A stretch of 64,000 nucleotides of DNA, taken from positions 1,116,001 through 1,180,000 of the forward strand of contig CAXHJY010000096.1 in NCBI GenBank assembly GCA_964016885.1, in the 5' to 3' direction. Below, piece by piece: positions 1-11,344 of this stretch. The stretch comes from Eledone cirrhosa. Lineage: Eukaryota. A model generated the notes under the pieces. It had not been told where the DNA came from and did no database searches. It worked only from the letters and a program-made list of their open reading frames with translations. Position 1 is the first letter of the stretch, and every line of letters begins with the position of its first letter. The translations under genes and the position numbers were made by a program.

Positions 1-61
1 CAGCCGTCCAAGGGGAGATAATTTCCCGCCAGCCAAGGGAAGATAATATTCAAAAAAATCA

Positions 62-283
62 GGCGGAGATAATTTGTAAAAAAAATCAGGGGGAGATAAT
101 TTGTAAAAAAATCAGGGGGAGATAATTTGTAAAAAAAAAATCAGGGGGAGATAATTTGTAAAAAAAATCAGGGGGAGATAATTTGTAAAAAAAAATCAGG
201 GGTAGATAATTTGTAAAAAAAAATCAGGGGGAGATAATTTGTAAAAAAAAATCAGGGGGAGATAATTTGTAAAAAAAATGAAA
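62..283 (+). repeat. Representative type-B block: 8 units of GGGGGAGATAATTTGT(A)nTCA
   Basis: A-tract lengths read directly are 8,7,10,8,9,9,9,8. The first unit starts GGCGG, one unit starts GGGGT, and the last ends ATGAAA. Confidence 0.93.
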
Positions 284-682
284 GGGGAGATAATATCCAG
301 CCGTCCAAGGGGAGATAATTTCCAGCCGTCCAAGGGGAGATAATTTCCAGCCGTCCAAGGGGAGATAATTTCCATCCTTCCAAGGGGATATAATTTCCAG
401 CCGTCCAAGGGGAGATAATTTCCATCCTTCCAAGGGGATATAATTTCCAGCCGTCCAAGGGGAGATAATTTTCAGCCGTCCAAGGAGAGGTAATTTCTAG
501 CCGTCCAAGGAGAGATAATTTCCAGCCGTCCAAGGGGAGATAATTTCCAGCCGTCCAAGGGGAGATAATTTCCAGCCGTCCAAGGAGACATATTTTCCAG
601 CCGTCCAAGGAGAGGTAATTCCTAGCCGTCCAAGGGGAGATAAATTCCAGCCTCCAAGGGGAGATAATTTCCAGCCAGCCAA
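284..682 (+). repeat. Representative long type-A block: 16 units of GGGGAGATAATTTCCAGCCGTCCAA with an ordered set of variants
   Basis: 399 bp = 15x25 + 1x24. Ordered variants are AATATCC, CATCCTTCC, GGGATAT, TTTTCAG, GAGGTAATTTCTAG, GACATATTTT, CAGCCTCC and CAGCCAGCC. The same block recurs near 1196, 2027, 10490, 11401, 12231, 17984, 19267, 21482, 23142, 29421, 33459, 51152 and 60578 (the last two lack the final unit). Confidence 0.93.
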
Positions 683-1139
683 GGGGAGATAATTTGTAAA
701 AAAAATCAGGGGGAGATAATTTGTAAAAAAATCAGGGGGAGATAATTTGTAAAAAAAATCAGGGGGAGATAATTTGTAAAAAAAATCAGGGGGAGATAAT
801 TTGTAAAAAAAAATCAGGGGTAGATAATTTGTAAAAAAAAATCAGGGGGAGATAATTTGTAAAAAAAATCAAGGGGAGATAATTTCCAGCCGTCCAAGGG
901 GAGATAATTTTCAGCCGTCCAAGGGGAGATAATTTCCCGCCAGCCAAGGGAAGATAATATTCAAAAAAATCAGGCGGAGATAATTTGTAAAAAAAATCAG
1001 GGGGAGATAATTTGTAAAAAAATCAGGGGGAGATAATTTGTAAAAAAAAAAATCAGGGGGAGATAATTTGTAAAAAAAATCAGGGGGAGATAATTTGTAA
1101 AAAAAAATCAGGGGTAGATAATTTGTAAAAAAAAATCAG

Positions 1140-4100
1140 GGGGAGATAATTTGTAAAAAAAAATCAGGGGGAGATAATTTGTAAAAAAAATGAAAGGGGA
1201 GATAATATCCAGCCGTCCAAGGGGAGATAATTTCCAGCCGTCCAAGGAGAGATAATTTCCAGCCGTCCAAGGGGAGATAATTTCCATCCTTCCAAGGGGA
1301 TATAATTTCCAGCCGTCCAAGGGGAGATAATTTCCATCCTTCCAAGGGGATATAATTTCCAGCCGTCCAAGGGGAGATAATTTTCAGCCGTCCAAGGAGA
1401 GGTAATTTCTAGCCGTCCAAGGAGAGATAATTTCCAGCCGTCCAAGGGGAGATAATTTCCAGCCGTCCAAGGGGAGATAATTTCCAGCCGTCCAAGGAGA
1501 CATATTTTCCAGCCGTCCAAGGAGAGGTAATTCCTAGCCGTCCAAGGGGAGATAAATTCCAGCCTCCAAGGGGAGATAATTTCCAGCCAGCCAAGGGGAG
1601 ATAATTTGTAAAAAAAATCAGGGGGAGATAATTTGTAAAAAAAATCAGGGGGAGATAATTTGTAAAAAAAAATCAGGGGGAGATAATTTGTAAAAAAAAT
1701 CAAGGGGAGATAATTTCCAGCCGTCCAAGGGGAGATAATTTTCAGCCGTCCAAGGGGAGATAATTTCCCGCCAGCCAAGGGAAGATAATATTCAAAAAAA
1801 TCAGGCGGAGATAATTTGTAAAAAAAATCAGGGGGAGATAATTTGTAAAAAAATCAGGGGGAGATAATTTGTAAAAAAAAAAATCAGGGGGAGATAATTT
1901 GTAAAAAAAATCAGGGGGAGATAATTTGTAAAAAAAAATCAGGGGTAGATAATTTGTAAAAAAAAATCAGGGGGAGATAATTTGTAAAAAAAAATCAGGG
2001 GGAGATAATTTGTAAAAAAAATGAAAGGGGAGATAATATCCAGCCGTCCAAGGGGAGATAATTTCCAGCCGTCCAAGGGGAGATAATTTCCAGCCGTCCA
2101 AGGGGAGATAATTTCCATCCTTCCAAGGGGATATAATTTCCAGCCGTCCAAGGGGAGATAATTTCCATCCTTCCAAGGGGATATAATTTCCAGCCGTCCA
2201 AGGGGAGATAATTTTCAGCCGTCCAAGGAGAGGTAATTTCTAGCCGTCCAAGGAGAGATAATTTCCAGCCGTCCAAGGGGAGATAATTTCCAGCCGTCCA
2301 AGGGGAGATAATTTCCAGCCGTCCAAGGAGACATATTTTCCAGCCGTCCAAGGAGAGGTAATTCCTAGCCGTCCAAGGGGAGATAAATTCCAGCCTCCAA
2401 GGGGAGATAATTTCCAGCCAGCCAAGGGGAGATAATTTGTAAAAAAAATCAGGGGGAGATAATTTGTAAAAAAATCAGGGGGAGATAATTTGTAAAAAAA
2501 ATCAGGGGGAGATAATTTGTAAAAAAAATCAGGGGGAGATAATTTGTAAAAAAAAATCAGGGGTAGATAATTTGTAAAAAAAAATCAGGGGGAGATAATT
2601 TGTAAAAAAATCAAGGGGAGATAATTTCCAGCCGTCCAAGGGAAGATAATTTCCAGCCCTCCAAGGGGCTATAATTTCCAGCGTCCAAGGGGAGATAATT
2701 TCCAGCCAGCGAAGGGGAGATAATTTTTTTAAAAAAATCATTGGGAGATTTGTAAAAAAAATCAGGGGGAGATAATTTGTAAAAAAAATCAAGGGGAGAT
2801 AATTTCCAGCCGTCCAAGGGGAGGTAATATCTAGCCGTCCAAGGGTAGATAATTTCCAGCCGTCCAACGGGAGATAATTTCCAGCCGTCCAAGGGTAGAT
2901 AATATCCAGCCGCCCAAGGACATATTTTCCAGCCGTCCAAGGAGAGGTAATTTCTAGCCGTCCAAGGGGAGATAATTTCCAGCCGTCCAAGGGTAGATAA
3001 TATCCAGCCGTCCAAGGACATATTTTCCAGCCGTCCAAGGAGAGGTAATTTCTAGCCGTCCAAGGGGAGATAAATTCCAGCCTCCAAGGGGAGATAATTT
3101 CCAGCCAGCCAAGGGGAGATAATTTGTAAAAAAATCAGGGGGAGATAATTTGTAAAAAAAATCAGGGGGAGATAATTTGTAAAAAAAAATCAGGGGGAGA
3201 TAATTTGTAAAAAAAAATCAGGGGGAGATAATTTGCAAAAAAAATCAGGGGGAGATAATTTGTAAAAAAAAATCAGGGGTAGATAATTTGTAAAAAAAAA
3301 TCAGGGGGAGATAATTTGTAAAAAAAAATCAGGGGGAGATAATTTGTAAAAAAAATCAAGGGGAGATAATTTCCAGCCGTCCAAGGAGAGATAATTTTAA
3401 AAAAAATCAGGCGGAGATAATTTGTAAAAAAAAATCAGGGGGAGATAATTTGTAAAAAAAAATCAGGGGGAGATAATTTGTAAAAAAAAATCAGGGGGAG
3501 ATAATTTGTAAAAAAAATCAGGAGGAGATAATTTGTAAAAAAAATCAAGGGGAGATAATTTCCAGCCGTCCAAGGAGAGATAATTTAAAAAAAAATCAGG
3601 CGGAGATAATTTGTAAAAAAAAATCAGGGGGAGATAATTTGTAAAAAAAAATCAGGGGGAGATAATTTGTAAAAAAAATCAAGGGGAGATAATTTCCAGC
3701 CGTCCAAGGGGAGATAATTTTCAGCCGTCCAAGGAGAGGTAATTTCTAACCGTCCGAGGAGAGATAATTTCCAGCCGTCCAAGGGGAGATAATTTCCAGC
3801 CGTCCAAGGGGAGATAATTTCCAGCCGTCCAAGGAGACATATTTTCCAGCCGTCCAAGGAGAGGTAATTTCTAGCCGTCCAAGGGGAGATAAATTCCAGC
3901 CTCCAAGGGGAGATAATTTCCAGCCAGCCAAGGGGAGATAATTTGTAAAAAAATCAGGGGGAGATAATTTGCAAAAAAAATCAGGGGGAGATAATTTGTA
4001 AAAAAAATCAGGGGGAGATAATTTGTAAAAAATAATCAGGGGGAGATAATTTCCAGCCGTCCAAGGGAAGATAATTTCCAGCCCTCCAAGGGGCTATAAT

Positions 4101-6065
4101 TTCCAGTGTCCAAGGGGAGATAATTTCCAGCCAGCGAAGGGGAGATAATTTTTTTAAAAAAATCATTGGGAGATTTGTAAAAAAAATCAGGGGGAGATAA
4201 TTTGTAAAAAAAATCAAGGGGAGATAATTTCCAGCCGTCCAAGGGGAGGTAATATCTAGCCGTCCAAGGGGAGATAATTTCCAGCCGTCCAAGGGGAGAT
4301 AATTTCCAGCCGTCCAAGGGTAGATAATATCCAGCCGCCCAAGGACATATTTTCCAGCCGTCCAAGGAGAGGTAATTTCTAGCCGTCCAAGGGGAGATAA
4401 ATTCCAGCCTCCAAGGGGAGATAATTTCCAGCCAGCCAAGGGGAGATAATTTGTAAAAAAATCAGGGGGAGATAATTTGTAAAAAAAATCAGGGGGAGAT
4501 AATTTGTAAAAAAAAATCAGGGGGAGATAATTTGTAAAAAAAAATCAGGGGGAGATAATTTGCAAAAAAAATCAGGGGGAGATAATTTGTAAAAAAAAAT
4601 CAGGGGTAGATAATTTGTAAAAAAAAATCAGGGGGAGATAATTTGTAAAAAAAAATCAGGGGGAGATAATTTGTAAAAAAAATCAAGGGGAGATAATTTG
4701 TAAAAAAAATCAAGGGGAGATAATTTCCAGCCGTCCAAGGGGAGGTAATATCTAGCCGTCCAAGGGGAGATAATTTCCAGCCGTCCAAGGGGAGATAATT
4801 TCCAGCCGTCCAAGGGTAGATAATATCCAGCCGCCCAAGGACATATTTTCCAGCCGTCCAAGGAGAGGTAATTTCTAGCCGTCCAAGGGGAGATAAATTC
4901 CAGCCTCCAAGGGGAGATAATTTCCAGCCAGCCAAGGGGAGATAATTTGTAAAAAAATCAGGGGGAGATAATTTGTAAAAAAAATCAGGGGGAGATAATT
5001 TGTAAAAAAAAATCAGGGGGAGATAATTTGTAAAAAAAAATCAGGGGGAGATAATTTGCAAAAAAAATCAGGGGGAGATAATTTGTAAAAAAAAATCAGG
5101 GGTAGATAATTTGTAAAAAAAAATCAGGGGGAGATAATTTGTAAAAAAAAATCAGGGGGAGATAATTTGTAAAAAAAATCAAGGGGAGATAATTTGTAAA
5201 AAAAATCAAGGGGAGATAATTTCCAGCCGTCCAAGGGGAGGTAATATCTAGCCGTCCAAGGGGAGATAATTTCCAGCCGTCCAACGGGAGATAATTTCCA
5301 GCCGTCCAAGGGTAGATAATATCCAGCCGCCCAAGGACATATTTTCCAGCCGTCCAAGGAGAGGTAATTTCTAGCCGTCCAAGGGGAGATAATTTCCAGC
5401 CGTCCAAGGGTAGATAATATCCAGCCGTCCAAGGACATATTTTCCAGCCGTCCAAGGAGAGGTAATTTCTAGCCGTCCAAGGGGAGATAAATTCCAGCCT
5501 CCAAGGGGAGATAATTTCCAGCCAGCCAAGGGGAGATAATTTGTAAAAAAATCAGGGGGAGATAATTTGTAAAAAAAATCAGGGGGAGATAATTTGTAAA
5601 AAAAAATCAGGGGGAGATAATTTGTAAAAAAAAATCAGGGGGAGATAATTTGCAAAAAAAATCAGGGGGAGATAATTTGTAAAAAAAAATCAGGGGTAGA
5701 TAATTTGTAAAAAAAAATCAGGGGGAGATAATTTGTAAAAAAAAATCAGGGGGAGATAATTTGTAAAAAAAATCAAGGGGAGATAATTTCCAGCCGTCCA
5801 AGGAGATTATAATTTTAAAAAAAATCAGGCGGAGATAATTTGTAAAAAAAAATCAGGGGGAGATAATTTGTAAAAAAAAATCAGGGGGAGATAATTTGTA
5901 AAAAAAAATCAGGGGGAGATAATTTGTAAAAAAAATCAGGAGGAGATAATTTGTAAAAAAAATCAAGGGGAGATAATTTCCAGCCGTCCAAGGAGAGATA
6001 ATTTAAAAAAAAATCAGGCGGAGATAATTTGTAAAAAAAAATCAGGGGGAGATAATTTGTAAAAA
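1140..6065 (+). repeat. Copy 1 of a ~4.9 kb segment duplicated at +10,204 bp
   Basis: ORF pairs 1939/12143, 2529/12733, 3624/13828, 4008/14212, 4600/14804 and 5096/15300. The rare marker AGGAGATTATAATTTT occurs at 5801 and 16005. Boundaries are approximate. Confidence 0.88.
4200..5530 (+). repeat. Local ~0.5 kb tandem higher-order repeat
   Basis: ORF-track offsets 4439->4935 and 4600->5096 are both 496. The marker CCGCCCAAGGACATATTTT occurs near 4335, 4831 and 5327. Confidence 0.75.
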
Positions 6066-9000
6066 AATCAGGGGGAGATAATTTGTAAAAAAAATCAGGG
6101 GGAGATAATTTGTAAAAAAATTCATGGGGAGATAATTTGTAAAAAAAAATCAGGGGTAGATAATTTGTAAAAAAAAATCAGGGGGAGATAATTTGTAAAA
6201 AAAAATCAGGGGGAGATAATTTGTAAAAAAAATCAAGGGGAGATAATTTCCAGCCGTCCAAGGGGAGATAATTTTCAGCCGTCCAAGGAGAGGTAATTTC
6301 TAGCCGTCCAAGGGGAGATAATTTCCAGCCGTCCAAGGGGAGGTAATTTCCAGCCGTCCAAGGGGAGATAATTTTAAAAAAAAATCAGGCGGAGATAATT
6401 TGTAAAAAAAATCAAGGGGAGATAATTTGCAGCCGTCCAAGGGGAGATAATTTTCAGTCGTCCAAGGAGAGGTAATTTCTAGCCGTCCAAGGGGAGATAA
6501 TTGCCAGCCGTCCAAGGGGAGATAATTTCCAGCCGTCCAAGGGGAGATAATTTTTTTTAAAAAATCAGGCGGAGATAATTTGTAAAAAAAATCAGGGGGA
6601 GATAATTTGTAAACAAAATCAGGGGGAGATAATTTGTAAAAAAAAATCAGGGGGAGATAATTTGTAAAAAAAATCATGGAGAGATAATTTCCAGCCGTCC
6701 AAGGTGAGATAATTTCCAGCCGTCCAAGGAGACATATTTTCCAGCCGTCCAAGGCGAGGTAATTTCTAGCCGTCCAAGGGGAGATAAATTCCAGCCTCCA
6801 AGGGGAGATAATTTCCAGCCAGCCAAGTGGAGATAATTTGTAAAAAAATCAGGGGGAGATAATTTGTAAAAAATATCAGGGAGATAATTTGTAAAAAAAA
6901 ATCAGGGGGAGATAATTTGTAAAAAAAATCAGGGGGAGATAATTTGTAAAAAAAAATCAGGGGGAGATAATTTGTAAAAAAAATCAAGGGGAGATAATTT
7001 CCAGCCGTCCAAGGGGAGATAATTTTCAGCCGTCCAAGGGGAGATAATTTCCCGCCAGCCAAGGGAAGATAATATTTAAAAAAATCAGGCGGAGATAATT
7101 TGTAAAAAAAATCAGGGGGAGATAATTTGTAAAAAAATCAGGGGGAGATAATTTGTAAAAAAAAAATCAGGGGGAGATAATTTGTAAAAAAAATCAGGGG
7201 GAGATAATTTGTAAAAAAAAATCAGGGGTAGATAATTTGTAAACAAAAATCAGGGGGAGATAATTTGTAAAAAAAAATCAGGGGGAGATAATTTGTAAAA
7301 AAAATGAAAGGGGAGATAATATCCAGCCGTCCAAGGGGAGATAATTTCCAGCCGTCCAAGGGGATATAATTTCCAGCCGTCCAAGGGGAGATAATTTCCA
7401 TCCTTCCAAGGGGATATAATTTCCAGCCGTCCAAGGGGAGATAATTTCCCGCCAGCCAAGGGAAGATAATTTTTAAAAAAATCAGGCGGAGATTGTAAAA
7501 AAAATCAGGGGGGAGATAATTTGTAAAAAAATCAGGGGGAGATAATTTGTAAAAAATAATCAGGGGGAGATAATTTGTAAAAAAATTCAAGGGGAGATAA
7601 TTTCCAGCCGTCCAAGGGGAGATAATTTCCCGCCAGCCAAGGGAAGATAATATTTAAAAAAATTAGGCGGAGATAATTTGTAAAAAAAATCAGGGGGAGA
7701 TAATTTGTAAAAAAATCAGGGGGAGATAATTTGTAAAAAAAATCAGGGGGAGATAATTTGTAAAAAAAATCATGGGGAGATAATTTGTAAAAAAAAATCA
7801 GGGGTAGATAATTTGTAAAAAAAAATCAGGGGGAGATAATTTGTAAAAAAAAATCAGGGGGAGATAATTTGTAAAAAAAATCAAGGGGAGATAATATCCA
7901 GCCGTCCAAGGAGAGATAATTTTAAAAAAAAATGAGGCGGAGATAATTTGTAAAAAAAAAATCAGGGGGAGTTAATTTGTAAAAAAAAATGAGGGGGAGA
8001 TAATTTGTAAAAAAAATCAAGGGGAGATAATTTCCAGCCGTCCAAGGGGAGATAATTTTCAGCCGTCCAAGGAGAGGTAATTTCTAGCCGTCCAAGGGGA
8101 GATAATTTCCAGCCGTCCAAGGGGAGGTAATTTCCAGCCGTCCAAGGGGAGATAATTTTTAAAAAAAAATCAGGCGGAGATAATTTGTAAAAAAAATCAA
8201 GGGGAGATAATTTGCAGCCGTCCAAGGGGAGATAATTTTCAGTCGTCCAAGGAGAGGTAATTTCTAGCCGTCCAAGGGGAGATAATTTCCAGCCGTCCAA
8301 GGGGAGATAATTTCCAGCCGTCCAAGGGGAGATAATTTTTTTTAAAAAATCAGGCGGAGATAATTTGTAAAAAAAATCAGGGGGAGATAATTTGTAAACA
8401 AAATCAGGGGGAGATAATTTGTAAAAAAAAATCAGGGGGAGATAATTTGTAAAAAAAATTAGGCGTAGATAATTTGTAAAAAAAAATCAGGGGGAGATAA
8501 TTTGTAAAAAAAAATCAGGGGGAGATAATTTGTTTAAAAAATCAAGGGGAGATAATTTGCAGCCGTCCAAGGGGAGATAATTTTCAGCCGTCCAAGGAGA
8601 GGTAATTTCTAGCCGTTCAAGGGGAGATAATTTCCAGCCGTCCAAGGGGAGATAATTTCCAGCCGTCCAAGGGGAGATAATTTTTTTTAAAAAATCAGGC
8701 GGAGATAATTTGTAAAAAAAAATCAGGGGGAGATAATTCGTAAAAAAAAATCAGGGGGAGTTAATTTGTAAAAAAAAATCAGGGGGAGATAATTTGTAAA
8801 AAAAATCAAGGGGAGATAATTTCCAGCCGTCCAAGGGGAGGTAATATCTAGCCGTCCAAGGGGAGATAATTTCCAGCCGTCCAAGGGGAGATAATTTCCA
8901 GCCGTCCAAGGGGAGATAATTTCCAGCCGTCCAAGGAGACATATTTTCCAGCCGTCCAAGGCGAGGTAATTTCTAGCCGTCCAAGGGGAGATTAATTCCA

Positions 9001-11344
9001 GCCTCCAAGGGGAGATAATTTCCAGCCAGCCAAGGGGAGATAATTTGTAAAAAAATCAGGGGGAGATAATTTGTAAAAAATATCAGGGAGATAATTTGTA
9101 AAAAAAAATCAGGGGGAGATAATTTGTAAAAAAAATCAGGGGGAGATAATTTGTAAAAAAAAATCAGGGGGAGATAATTTGTAAAAAAAATCAAGGGGAG
9201 ATAATTTCCAGCCGTCCAAGGGGAGATAATTTTCAGCCGTCCAAGGAGAGGTAATTTCTAACCGTCCGAGGAGAGATAATTTCCAGCCGTCCAAGGGGAG
9301 ATAATTTCCAGCCGTCCAAGGAGACATATTTTCCAGCCGTCCAAGGAGAGGTAATTTCTAGCCGTCCAAGGGGAGATAAATTCCAGCCTCCAAGGGGAGA
9401 TAATTTCCAGCCAGCCAAGGGGAGATAATTTGTAAAAAAATCAGGGGGAGATAATTTGCAAAAAAAATCAGGGGGAGATAATTTGTAAAAAAAATCAGGG
9501 GGAGATAATTTGTAAAAAATAATCAGGGGGAGATAATTTCCAGCCGTCCAAGGGAAGATAATTTCCAGCCCTCCAAGGGGCTATAATTTCCAGTGTCCAA
9601 GGGGAGATAATTTCCAGCCAGAGAAGGGGAGATAATTTTTTTTAAAAAATCATTGGGAGATTTGTAAAAAAAATCAGGGGGAGATAATTTGCAAAAAAAA
9701 TCAGGGGGAGATAATTTGTAAAAAAAAATCAGGGGTAGATAATTTGTAAAAAAAAATCAGGGGGAGATAATTTGTAAAAAAAAATCAGGGGGAGATAATT
9801 TGTAAAAAAAATCAAGGGGAGATAATTTCCAGCCGTCCAAGGAGAGATAATTTTTAAAAAAATCAGGCGGAGATAATTTGTAAAAAAAAATCAGGGGGAG
9901 ATAATTTGTAAAAAAAATCAGGGGGAGATAATTTGTAAAAAAAAATCAGGGGTAGATAATTTGTAAAAAAAAATCAGGGGGAGATAATTTGTAAAAAAAA
10001 ATCAGGGGGAGATAATTTGTAAAAAAAATCAAGGGGAGATAATTTCCAGCCGTCCAAGGAGAGATAATTTTAAAAAAAATCAGGCGGAGATAATTTGTAA
10101 AAAAAAATTAGGGGGAGATAATTTGTAAAAAAAAATCAGGGGGAGATAATTTGTAAAAAAAATCAAGGGGAGATAATTTCCAGCCGTCCAAGGGGAGATA
10201 ATTTTCAGCCGTCCAAGGGGAGATAATTTCCCGCCAGCCAAGGGAAGATAATATTCAAAAAAATCAGGCGGAGATAATTTGTAAAAAAAATCAGGGGGAG
10301 ATAATTTGTAAAAAAATCAGGGGGAGATAATTTGTAAAAAAAAAAATCAGGGGGAGATAATTTGTAAAAAAAATCAGGGGGAGATAATTTGTAAAAAAAA
10401 ATCAGGGGTAGATAATTTGTAAAAAAAAATCAGGGGGAGATAATTTGTAAAAAAAAATCAGGGGCAGATAATTTGTAAAAAAAATGAAAGGGGAGATAAT
10501 ATCCAGCCGTCCAAGGGGAGATAATTTCCAGCCGTCCAAGGGGAGATAATTTCCAGCCGTCCAAGGGGAGAAAATTTCCATCCTTCCAAGGGGATATAAT
10601 TTCCAGCCGGCCAAGGGGAGATAATTTCCATCCTTCCAAGGGGATATAATTTCCAGCCGTCCAAGGGGAGATAATTTTCAGCCGTCCAAGGAGAGGTAAT
10701 TTCTAGCCGTCCAAGGAGAGATAATTTCCAGCCGTCCAAGGGGAGATAATTTCCAGCCGTCCAAGGGGAGATAATTTCCAGCCGTCCAAGGAGACATATT
10801 TTCCAGCCGTCCAAGGAGAGGTAATTCCTAGCCGTCCAAGGGGAGATAAATTCCAGCCTCCAAGGGGAGATAATTTCCAGCCAGCCAAGGGGAGATAATT
10901 TGTAAAAAAAATCAGGGGGAGATAATTTCTAAAAAAAATCAGGGGGAGATAATTTGTAAAAAAAAATCAGGGGGAGATAATTTGTAAAAAATAATCAGGG
11001 GGAGATAATTTGTAAAAAAAATCAAGGGGAGATAATTTCCAGCCGTCCAAGGGGAGATAATTTTCAGCCGTCCAAGGGGAGATAATTTCCCACCAGCCAA
11101 GGGAAGATAATATTTAAAAAAATTATGCGGAGATAATTTGTAAAAAAAATCAGGGGGAGATAATTTGTAAAAAAATCAGGGGGAGATAATTTGTAAAAAA
11201 AATCAGGGGGAGATAATTTGTAAAAAAAATCAGGGGGAGATAATTTGTAAAAAAAAATCAGGGGTAGATAATTTGTAAAAAAAATCAGGGGGAGATAATT
11301 TGTAAAAAAAAATCAGGGGGAGATAATTTGTAAAAAAAAATCAG

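Larger units (their letters stand above)
1..2430 (+). repeat. Three tandem copies of a 0.83-0.91 kb higher-order unit
   Basis: Equivalent ORF-track entries at 196, 1108 and 1939 (offsets 912 and 831). The marker ATGAAAGGGG occurs at about 278, 1190 and 2021. Confidence 0.85.

Noticed and set aside
62-283. Poly(A) tails of retroposons, or Rho-independent terminators (T-runs on the minus strand)
   Set aside because: The A-tracts are internal parts of the B monomer. There are no element bodies, target-site duplications, GC hairpins or upstream genes.
309-323. Shine-Dalgarno (GGAG/AGGAG), -10 box (GATAAT/TATAAT) or canonical NF-kB site
   Set aside because: These are short chance matches inside the monomer with no downstream genes. 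The kB-like spacing does not fit the 10-11 bp consensus, so none was annotated as regulatory.
284-682. Telomerase-synthesised 25-bp repeat (as in some budding yeasts)
   Set aside because: Ordered variant cassettes and kb-scale duplications indicate recombinational amplification, not templated addition. The array is also far longer than yeast telomere tracts.
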